This document shows, piece by piece, positions 15,217 through 22,383 of a stretch of DNA of 26,335 bases. How positions within the stretch are numbered: position 1 is the stretch's first letter; every line of letters begins with the position of its first letter. Below the pieces are notes generated by a model. That model was not told the origin of the DNA. It ran no database searches and was given only the letters and a program-made list of their open reading frames with translations. The position numbers and the translations under genes were made by a program. The stretch is from a virus (taxonomy: Duplodnaviria; Caudoviricetes): IMG/VR virus record IMGVR_UViG_3300046786_000151, positions 1-26,335 of that record. One strand, given 5' to 3'.

Positions 15217-17264
15217 TATCGCAATCCTCTACGGGTGGTGTAGTGCAGTATCACGCTGTTTATAGTGAAGGGTTGATAGTATGGCGAATCAGATGCGATG
15301 CGAAGCAAGATGTTTTGCCCGGTGCCCTTTATCTCTACATCTGTCGGCGATAAGGTTCTGCCATCCCATACAAAAAAATCCCAATAAACAGAATCCCAAT
15401 AACTAGCAGCAAAACTGTTTGCGTAAGAAGCTGCTGCTTGTTGACCTATATAGGAGCTTGAATAACCAAGGTCATAAGAAAATTGAAATTCGCAATAACC
15501 ACTACCGGTGATTTCAAAAGAACCTCGACGGTAGCGTTTTAATAAACGCGGCGAATTTTCAGAGTTATAGTTAAGTTCAATTGAAGCATTGATGCTTTCG
15601 CCGTCGAATGAAGTGCCTACATCTAAAGCGTAAACATAACCATTGTCAGAACCAAAGAACATAGTCTCGGTTGTAAACGAATCTGTAGATTCGCAAGAAC
15701 AAGTGACCTTATTAGGAAAACGAACAGGCATGGCCCCAAGCATTTGACCATTAGCAATCGTTATGTAGAGGCCATAGCCATCTGAGAAGAATATACGGTA
15801 CTGCGATTTTTCTCGGTTTATCCCACTGGAACTTAAAAGATTGCGCCGAGACTGTGTGAATGGGCGGATGTTCAAAGTTACAGCAGCCGCATCAAAGTTA
15901 CCGTAGCTTAAAGTTGCCTGCAACGTTATGACGCCACGATTGTCAAAGGTATACGTCTGACTAAGATTTTGGCCGCTATAAGCTTTTGCTCCAGCGCCGG
16001 TGTTGTAGGCAGATAAAGTCCAATTCGCTGAATCAGTACCGTACAGAATGTATGTGTAGTTATCTGAGTAAACAGCCATCGCCCCGGTTGTCTGGTCACC
16101 GGGTTGGATAACAAGGGCTGTTATTGGTTCTGGCTGAACAATCTCTCCAGCGCCCAATAAAGGCGTCCATTGATACGGGGAACTGATAGCCGAATATTGA
16201 AGCGATGGTCCGAAAGAAAAAAATAAATATTGTTTATGAACAGCAACGTGATTTGGCGTATCTGTGGTCATGCCGGTTTTAATCGGAACGTATGTCGTGC
16301 CATCAAACTCAAAACCTCGATTGACGTTATCACAACCGTAGATTCTAAGATTTGAATCCGTTCCGCCAAAATTACCGGCTACTGTTTCGACTCGACCGTT
16401 GGGTGCAAGAGTGATTGCCGTTTGAGCGGCTACCACTTTTGCGTGATTGGTTCCGCCTACTTTTAAAAATTCAGCCGCGCTAAAAGTTCCTGTTACGGTT
16501 GCGAATATTATGCGTCCTGCTGCTGTTCCTGCTCCCCAGCTTCCGGTCTCAAAAACAATCCGCTTGACTGTACCCGTTGCGCCGCTGGCCGAACCGGTGA
16601 CTACATCACCATCAAATATTTCGGATGTACCGTTATTGAAACTTAATTCAAATCCAAGAGCTACATTGACCCAACCTGCACTGGTGGATTTATAAATAGC
16701 CATTGCAGTACCGCCAGCATTGTTTCGCCATGCGTAAACGGTACCGCCCAATTCAACTACGCCGCGTATGGGACCGCTGCCGGGAACTACCGTTATGTCG
16801 TTTCGATATAAATTGGCAGCAAGTCCTGTGTATTCAGCCTCTTGCGCCGCAGTTATGCTGGCCGTTGCCGCTATAGCGGCCACAGTACCTTTAGAAACAC
16901 CGAGAACGGTAAGCGTTTCGCCAACGGTAAAAGCCCCAGTGGCTTTTGTGTAGTAGATACTTCCGCCATTGACCGCGATAACAACTGCCGTTCTGCCTGA
17001 AGTAGCGCCTGTGATGGTATTACCTACGCTGATTGCGGCGGTTAAGTTAACTTGAAGGCTGCCATAAACAGCATTTGATGGCGCTGGTTGGCCATCAAAT
17101 CTTTCGTATCCAGCGATGCGAGTATAACCGCCTGTAATCGAAGCTTCAAAATTTACAGCGTCTCGGGCAACGCCGGCAGGGATGGCCAGCGTTGGAGTGA
17201 TGAGGTCAAGTCCGCCTTTAAGGTAGACCAGATCGTATTGAACTTGCGGCGCAGGCATTGGCAT
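15216..17264 (-). CDS. Tail nozzle / tail tubular protein (P22 gp10 / T7 gp12 analogue, 682 aa)
   Basis: N-terminal GGLDLITP, beta-propeller-like strands, FFGSDNGYVY, and C-terminal YWD..YWD...WD. Located after the adaptor. Confidence 0.75.
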   Translation of the reverse strand: MPMPAPQVQYDLVYLKGGLDLITPTLAIPAGVARDAVNFEASITGGYTRIAGYERFDGQPAPSNAVYGSLQVNLTAAISVGNTITGATSGRTAVVIAVNGGSIYYTKATGAFTVGETLTVLGVSKGTVAAIAATASITAAQEAEYTGLAANLYRNDITVVPGSGPIRGVVELGGTVYAWRNNAGGTAMAIYKSTSAGWVNVALGFELSFNNGTSEIFDGDVVTGSASGATGTVKRIVFETGSWGAGTAAGRIIFATVTGTFSAAEFLKVGGTNHAKVVAAQTAITLAPNGRVETVAGNFGGTDSNLRIYGCDNVNRGFEFDGTTYVPIKTGMTTDTPNHVAVHKQYLFFSFGPSLQYSAISSPYQWTPLLGAGEIVQPEPITALVIQPGDQTTGAMAVYSDNYTYILYGTDSANWTLSAYNTGAGAKAYSGQNLSQTYTFDNRGVITLQATLSYGNFDAAAVTLNIRPFTQSRRNLLSSSGINREKSQYRIFFSDGYGLYITIANGQMLGAMPVRFPNKVTCSCESTDSFTTETMFFGSDNGYVYALDVGTSFDGESINASIELNYNSENSPRLLKRYRRGSFEITGSGYCEFQFSYDLGYSSSYIGQQAAASYANSFAASYWDSVYWDFFVWDGRTLSPTDVEIKGTGQNILLRIASDSPYYQPFTINSVILHYTTRRGLR

Positions 17265-17276
17265 GGCTGCGTCTCC

Positions 17277-17966
17277 TTACGCCAAAGGCGGTCCGCTAAC
17301 TACGGTTGGAAGCTGGTCGATTTCGAGGCGTGAGTACAGTCGCTTGTATTCAAACTCGCCGCGTGACATGACCTCTGGCGCAGCCTCATAGCCTGCGTAG
17401 TACATCATCGCCCGGTAGACAATGACCATGTGGAAGCGACTTGGTAAAGCTGGCACATCAGCATCAACCGTCAGCTCAACCGGTTGAGTGTAATACTCAC
17501 CGTTAATCACATAAGGGATGTCGGGTATCGCGCCGAAGCCAAGGTTCTTGTGTGGATCGACAGTGACGACAACAGGGCGCGTGTAGGTGTAGCGCATGTT
17601 GGCGTAGATGTACAGGTTGCGGAACGTGGTCCACTCCATGTAATTCATCAACTGCTCGTCGGTGTAGTTTGACCCCACGCTCGAACACCGGAAACTATCA
17701 CGCTTCCAGTTTCCGAACGTGGCCGTGGTCAAACCGGCTTCCACCGGTGTGTAGATTTGTTGCTGCGCAACAGTGTTAAACACAATAGGTTCCCGCAAAA
17801 ACAGCCAGTCTTCCTTGCTCGTTTGGATGTCATTCCATGCGGTTTGAATCCATGTGACCATGCGTGCGTTTTCGCTGCCGGCAAGCTGGCCGGCAACGGT
17901 AGACAGCGGTGGTCCAGAGACGCCGCACTCAACGCGTAGCTGGTTGACTAGCTGTAGGAAGTTCAT
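17277..17966 (-). CDS. Head-tail adaptor protein (229 aa)
   Basis: MNFLQLVNQLRVECG N-terminal helix, W.FL motif, C-terminal LPSRFHMVIVYRAM, all typical of podovirus adaptors. Confidence 0.78.
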   Translation of the reverse strand: MNFLQLVNQLRVECGVSGPPLSTVAGQLAGSENARMVTWIQTAWNDIQTSKEDWLFLREPIVFNTVAQQQIYTPVEAGLTTATFGNWKRDSFRCSSVGSNYTDEQLMNYMEWTTFRNLYIYANMRYTYTRPVVVTVDPHKNLGFGAIPDIPYVINGEYYTQPVELTVDADVPALPSRFHMVIVYRAMMYYAGYEAAPEVMSRGEFEYKRLYSRLEIDQLPTVVSGPPLA

Positions 17967-18382
17967 GCAGGTTCAGCCAATATGTGATTGAGCCAAGCGC
18001 GGCCACGGGGGTTCTTGTCTTCCACCAGATCAAATGGGTATGACAAGCCGTGACGGGCACGCATCTCGATTTGATCAGGAGCCGCTGGGTTGTGTACGTG
18101 CTGGCTGTAACGTGTCTCTTTCATGCGTGCCAGAATCTCTACGTACTTTCTTTTTACGTCGGTCGGAACGCCACGGACGATCGGTTGATTCATACCGTTG
18201 CAGTTTACGATGACGTGAGGCGATTGGTTTTCGTCAGTTGTCGCGTGAACAAGAACGGTGACGATCTCGTTCATAAAAGATTCTTCTGCTGCCAACTCAC
18301 GAAAATCTTTAACAGCCGCTACAGGTTCAATTGTCGGGGTATCGTCGCTAATCTCGATCCCTGTCATTTTATTTTTACTCAT
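17963..18382 (-). CDS. Hypothetical protein (139 aa) between capsid and adaptor genes
   Basis: AAGGAG SD, VNCNG...IVRG...V...YVEILAR motif, ATGA overlap with the adaptor gene. Confidence 0.7.
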   Translation of the reverse strand: MSKNKMTGIEISDDTPTIEPVAAVKDFRELAAEESFMNEIVTVLVHATTDENQSPHVIVNCNGMNQPIVRGVPTDVKRKYVEILARMKETRYSQHVHNPAAPDQIEMRARHGLSYPFDLVEDKNPRGRAWLNHILAEPA

Positions 18383-18417
18383 TTGCCATTCTCCTTACGT
18401 TTAAAAAACAAGCCGTC

Positions 18418-18447
18418 AAAAAAGGAAGGCCACCGAAGTGGCCTTCC
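18418..18447 (-). terminator. Strong intrinsic terminator after the capsid/decoration genes
   Basis: Minus-strand GGAAGGCCAC-TTCG-GTGGCCTTCC-TTTTTT: a 10-bp stem with a cUUCGg tetraloop. Confidence 0.92.
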
Positions 18448-18478
18448 AAAGGGTCCCTCGGAGGAGGAGACGGCAATC

Positions 18479-18919
18479 TTACAGAGCCGAACCGGGCATG
18501 ACTGAGCAGTCGTAGTAGGTGTCAGTAACACCTGCTGCGCCCAAATCGGTGCTGCCCGGAGTGAAAGTGGTCGATGCATCGGTGACCACTTTGATCAGGC
18601 CAACCAGAGCTACGTTGTTGGTAGTCTGAGTAGGCACTGGGCAAGGATCAGCGGCGGCAACAACAGGGCCACGGGTGTTGCTGAGATTGCCGCTGGTGTC
18701 GATCCAGACAGCGTACAGGGCCGCGCTGGAAGGAGGAACGGTGCCAGCGGTCGAGGTCATGGCGATGTTGTCGGTAGCGCCTTTGGACTTGAACACACCG
18801 TTGATGGTGAAAGCCAAAGTAGCTGTGGTCTTGTAGGTGTTGGCATTGGTGCCTTCTGCAAGACCTGCTGCTGTCAGCGACTGAAAGCCACTGTTAATTT
18901 GCTCAATATTGTATGACAT
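18479..18919 (-). CDS. Putative capsid decoration / minor structural protein (146 aa)
   Basis: Thr/Ala/Gly-rich beta protein with AAGGAG SD, co-transcribed with the MCP ahead of the terminator. Confidence 0.6.
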   Translation of the reverse strand: MSYNIEQINSGFQSLTAAGLAEGTNANTYKTTATLAFTINGVFKSKGATDNIAMTSTAGTVPPSSAALYAVWIDTSGNLSNTRGPVVAAADPCPVPTQTTNNVALVGLIKVVTDASTTFTPGSTDLGAAGVTDTYYDCSVMPGSAL

Positions 18920-18930
18920 GGTGTTTCTCC

Positions 18931-19116
18931 TTAATCTACGATGTAGGTTGCAAACGTCGCCGCATAGTTGGTGTCACCGACACCGCTGTCTGCATCGAGT
19001 TTAGCCATAATGACTTGAAGACCGTCTACCAATGCTGCGACCAAAAGCTGCAATTCTTTCTTGGTCAGGCCATCGGTAACGCCGATCATTCTTTGCTGTA
19101 CTGATTCTGCTGGCAT
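18931..19116 (-). CDS. Small putative structural protein (61 aa)
   Basis: AAGGA SD, AKLDADSGVGDTNYAA motif, directly after the MCP. Confidence 0.6.
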   Translation of the reverse strand: MPAESVQQRMIGVTDGLTKKELQLLVAALVDGLQVIMAKLDADSGVGDTNYAATFATYIVD

Positions 19117-19138
19117 GATGTTTTCCTTTTCAATAGAC

Positions 19139-19158
19139 GCCGGGGCCGAAGCCCCGGC
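19139..19158 (-). other. GC-rich UUCG hairpin after the MCP stop (no U-tract; likely mRNA stabiliser or processing site)
   Basis: GCCGGGGC-TTCG-GCCCCGGC, perfect 8-bp stem. Confidence 0.75.
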
Positions 19159-19164
19159 TAATCA

Positions 19165-20223
19165 TTAGAGAGCGGTCACACCGGCTTCGATACGTGCCAT
19201 CCATGCGTCGTTCAGACGGACGGTAGCAAACCATGTCGAAGCACCAACGTAGCCGAACTGGCCCAGTGGGTTGGCGTGGTTAGTCTGCGATGCTTTCAGG
19301 ACGACAGGCTTGATAGCCTGCATGCCCTTCAGTGCAACCTGACCCCAAGCATCTTCACCGATGACGATGAACGGATACACGTCAACGGCAGAAGCGCCGA
19401 CCGACAGCATGCCATTCAGGGTACCGGAACCAGAGCCAGCGAAGCTGGTCAGCAGAGGCGAAGAGATGAAACGGAAGTCTTCGCAAGCACCGATCTCGCG
19501 ATCGTGGATTGGCTTGAATGAACCGTAGTCTTCAACGCGGGTAAAGCCGGGCAGGTTACGGATATCAGCAACAGCATCAGTGTGGCAGAACACGATGTAC
19601 GCAGGCTGCACAGCACGGGTTGCGAAGTTGACGCCGGGAGCCAGACGCGAAGTCACACGACGGCAACGGTTCGATTCCAGAGTACGTGCGGCTTTACGAA
19701 TAGCGTTCAGGCTGATCGCGGTGTTGACAGCAGAGCGGCTGGTGCCGTTTGCGTAGACAACAGTCGAGCCGGCTTTCAGAACACCGTAACGGACCAGTTC
19801 CATTACCTCGGCCAGAGTCTCGCCAGTCAGCTTAACCATTTCGCCGGGGATGTCGTCTTCGTACAGTTGCTCGACTTTCGAGCTGTACTTGAACAGAACG
19901 CCGTACTGTTGCAGGGTGACAGTCACGTCTTGGAAAGAGATCGTGTTGCTGTTAGGCGTGACGCCTTCAGCCAGCACGAAGTTCGAAGCTGTGATCTGTG
20001 GAGTGCCCTGATAACGTGCCGAGCCTTCAATCGTGGTACCAACAGTCGAAGCACCGAAAGGCAGTGTACGACGGAAGACCAGAGTGTCGGTCGAGTTCAT
20101 TGGCATCTCGCGCTGGGTACCGAAGTCGCCCAGAACGGTGATGGGTTGTGCATGCTCAAGCATGCCCTGTGCTGCACGGATTAGGTTACGCGAGGCAACT
20201 GTGCCGTAATTTTGAATAGCCAT
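19165..20223 (-). CDS. Major capsid protein, N4-gp56 family-like (352 aa)
   Basis: LAEGVTP, VTLQQYG, EIGACEDFRFISSP, VYPFIVIGEDAWG, NPLGQFGYVG motifs. AAGGA SD, follows the scaffold. Confidence 0.92.
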   Translation of the reverse strand: MAIQNYGTVASRNLIRAAQGMLEHAQPITVLGDFGTQREMPMNSTDTLVFRRTLPFGASTVGTTIEGSARYQGTPQITASNFVLAEGVTPNSNTISFQDVTVTLQQYGVLFKYSSKVEQLYEDDIPGEMVKLTGETLAEVMELVRYGVLKAGSTVVYANGTSRSAVNTAISLNAIRKAARTLESNRCRRVTSRLAPGVNFATRAVQPAYIVFCHTDAVADIRNLPGFTRVEDYGSFKPIHDREIGACEDFRFISSPLLTSFAGSGSGTLNGMLSVGASAVDVYPFIVIGEDAWGQVALKGMQAIKPVVLKASQTNHANPLGQFGYVGASTWFATVRLNDAWMARIEAGVTAL

Positions 20224-20246
20224 TGCTGTTCCTTTACATGATTAAG

Positions 20247-21152
20247 TTAAAACCCGCGCTGCGCTCTAGTTTTTTCGCGCTTTGCGGCTTCGTAGTTCCA
20301 AAGCTCTTCTGGCGACATGTCGTCCAATGTTTTGGGCGGCGGTGTCTGGCCGGGTCGAGTTGTCGCGGCAGCAGCAAGTCGCTGCCCACGCTCTTGCTTG
20401 ATATCCGACGCGGAACGTTTCTTCGTTTCGTGGAACAAGTCCAGCATACGAATTGCGTCTCGCGCTGAGTCGCTGTTTGCCAGAGACCGAATTTCCGGCG
20501 ACTGTACGGTGAACCATTGCGTGAACTCCAAAGTGTTCACGGTGTCCTTCCAGTTCTCGTACTTGCCATCCACACGCGCCTCTTCGATGGCTTGCCTCAT
20601 CTCTGCTTTGGTCTGGTCAACCTGCTGCTGCACGAATGCAGCAACCTGCTGGGGATCAAGCCCCTGCTGTGACTGAACGGACCCTAGCTTAGATGCGACG
20701 TACTCCTCCATCGCTCCAGCCCACTCGGGGAAATCTTCCTTGAGCTGCTCCCACTTCTCTGGGTTTTTGGCTGCATTCGCGATCTGTCCCTGAGACGGAG
20801 CTTCTTGCGGGGCAACTTGCTGTTGCGCCACTCGGGCTTGCTGGAACTCACGCTGCATCGCGGCCACACGACCCTCGGCAGTTTTTACATGGTGCAGCAG
20901 TTGAGCATTGGCCGTTGCCAGTTCGTCGATTTGAGCAAGCTTCGCTCTCACGGCTTCTGGTAAGCTGGCCAGTGGGTCTTCCGGCTCCTCACTCGGTGCG
21001 GCTTCTTCAGCTACGGGTTCATCTTCCAGCAGCGGCTCTTCCGGTGCTGTGGCCATTTGCTGGTTTGCGGACTGATCGTCAGCATCCAGTTTTGCGGCCT
21101 CTTCATCCCAAAGCTGTTGTGCTTCCTCCGGTGATAGTTGGTTTTCTTCCAC
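20247..21152 (-). CDS. Capsid scaffolding protein (about 301 aa)
   Basis: GGAG SD before GTG at 21152. Acidic N-terminus, coiled coil, C-terminal DDMSPEELW...basic tail. Directly upstream of the MCP. Confidence 0.8.
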   Translation of the reverse strand: MEENQLSPEEAQQLWDEEAAKLDADDQSANQQMATAPEEPLLEDEPVAEEAAPSEEPEDPLASLPEAVRAKLAQIDELATANAQLLHHVKTAEGRVAAMQREFQQARVAQQQVAPQEAPSQGQIANAAKNPEKWEQLKEDFPEWAGAMEEYVASKLGSVQSQQGLDPQQVAAFVQQQVDQTKAEMRQAIEEARVDGKYENWKDTVNTLEFTQWFTVQSPEIRSLANSDSARDAIRMLDLFHETKKRSASDIKQERGQRLAAAATTRPGQTPPPKTLDDMSPEELWNYEAAKREKTRAQRGF

Positions 21153-21162
21153 TTTGCTCTCC

Positions 21163-21190
21163 AATAAAAAAGCCATCTCTCGATGACTTT
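21163..21190 (-). terminator. Intrinsic terminator immediately before the scaffold gene
   Basis: Minus-strand AAAGTCATC-GAGA-GATGGCTTT-TTTATT: GNRA loop with one G-U pair. Confidence 0.7.
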
Positions 21191-21209
21191 GAACAACGGT
21201 TAAGCGGGA

Positions 21210-21413
21210 TTATTCGTCCGGCTCAACCACCACACCCCGAGTTACCTCATTCGGTAAGTCGAGAAATCTTTTTATGAATCGGATTTCACCCCGCAACAAC
21301 GCCGTCTCTATGTCGGAGAGATTGACGGCATCGTTTTTATCGCGGCATTTACGAAGCTGCTCTTCGGCCCACTTGCGTATGACATGCCACTCTGGCGAAC
21401 TGAAATTGATCAT
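21210..21413 (-). CDS. Small conserved-type head-region protein (67 aa)
   Basis: MINFSSPEW...ETALLRGEIRFIKRFLDLP resembles the small proteins found between portal and scaffold. Alternative GTG start at 21458. Confidence 0.7.
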   Translation of the reverse strand: MINFSSPEWHVIRKWAEEQLRKCRDKNDAVNLSDIETALLRGEIRFIKRFLDLPNEVTRGVVVEPDE

Positions 21414-21443
21414 AATAAAAAAGCCAGCGCGAGGCTGGCTTTT
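21414..21443 (-). terminator. Intrinsic terminator in the leader of the head operon
   Basis: Minus-strand AAAAGCCAGC-CTCGC-GCTGGCTTTT-TTATT. Confidence 0.85.
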
Positions 21444-21473
21444 GAAAATTTTGGACACAGGGTCTCTGCAAAA

Positions 21474-21503
21474 ATTCTACCTTTTATCATAGGATTTGTG
21501 CAA
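21474..21503 (-). promoter_or_regulatory. Sigma70-type promoter (copy 2)
   Basis: TTGCAC (21503-21498), 18 nt, TAGAAT (21479-21474), with an A-rich UP-like tract upstream. Intergenic. Confidence 0.75.
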
Positions 21504-21550
21504 CATTTTTATTTGCATAGCCCTGCATCGTTTTGCAGCGGTTTGCCGTA

Positions 21551-21916
21551 TCAAAGCGGCGATCTTGCATAACGATAGAAGACTGCGGCTGTAACTTTAA
21601 AACCAGAACCTGTGCCGCCAGTAATGTTTGGTCGAATAAAAGCCGGCATCTCTTGGGCAATCTGTACCGATGCAACGGTATAGGCCATGTTGGCTGTGCC
21701 GCCACGCTGGGTCAGCGGATGCCAGTTGGTACCGTCGTTCGATCCTTGGAACGTAACTGTCGATCCGCCGAACGTGCCTGTGACTTGAAAGGTCAAATCG
21801 GCTGCTGCGTTCAAACCAAACGGTGCCCCAGAGTCACCGGTCGCCATGGCGTCCCAAGTAACAAGGACAGCGCCTGCTGCGGTGTTGCGATCGGTTGTAG
21901 GTGTAATGGTTGCCAT
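21551..21916 (-). CDS. Putative small beta-sandwich virion protein (121 aa)
   Basis: AAGGA SD, FQVTGTFGGSTVTFQGSNDGTNW motif, Thr/Gly/Ala-rich. Confidence 0.65.
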   Translation of the reverse strand: MATITPTTDRNTAAGAVLVTWDAMATGDSGAPFGLNAAADLTFQVTGTFGGSTVTFQGSNDGTNWHPLTQRGGTANMAYTVASVQIAQEMPAFIRPNITGGTGSGFKVTAAVFYRYARSPL

Positions 21917-21927
21917 GCTGATTTCCT

Positions 21928-22380
21928 TTAGTATTTAAAAGCGTTGTTGATCAAACCGGAATCGCCGACTCGCTCTATGTCAGTCAGCGAAGGCTGGCTT
22001 AGTTTTGCCATTTGAGCTGCTGTCGCCGAAGGCCCTGCTCCCGGTGAAGTAGGCTGCTCCATGGTGAATTCGCCGGGGCTGGCTACGGGCTTGTCTTTGT
22101 ATTGAAAACCGTATTGATTATTGCCAAAACCGACCCGGTTGTATTGATTAGCCTGCGCAGTGGTCAGCCTTACGTTTGTGTTCGGTACGTAATAGCCACC
22201 TCTCGTTGAATAGAATACGGCCATCTCGCCTTTGTTGTCCGGCACAAATGACGCTCTGTACTCGTCAACCGCAGCGTCGTGCTGATTGGCTTGAGCTTTG
22301 TAGTGGCGTGCCTGCTGACGGTATTTGTCCAAAGCGTCATTGTATGCATCAATCTCACGCTGAAGAGCGATGGCGGCCAT
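21928..22380 (-). CDS. Hypothetical protein (150 aa)
   Basis: Starts 3 nt after the portal stop. N-terminal coiled coil and low-complexity C-terminus. Confidence 0.65.
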   Translation of the reverse strand: MAAIALQREIDAYNDALDKYRQQARHYKAQANQHDAAVDEYRASFVPDNKGEMAVFYSTRGGYYVPNTNVRLTTAQANQYNRVGFGNNQYGFQYKDKPVASPGEFTMEQPTSPGAGPSATAAQMAKLSQPSLTDIERVGDSGLINNAFKY

Positions 22381-22383
22381 AGT

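Noticed and set aside
19139-19167. Terminator or capsid read-through/frameshift signal at the MCP end
   Set aside because: The hairpin lacks a U-tract. The MCP ends in tandem TAA TGA with no slippery sequence seen.
19582-20184. 200-aa plus-strand ORF
   Set aside because: Antisense to the major capsid gene, explained by its codon bias.
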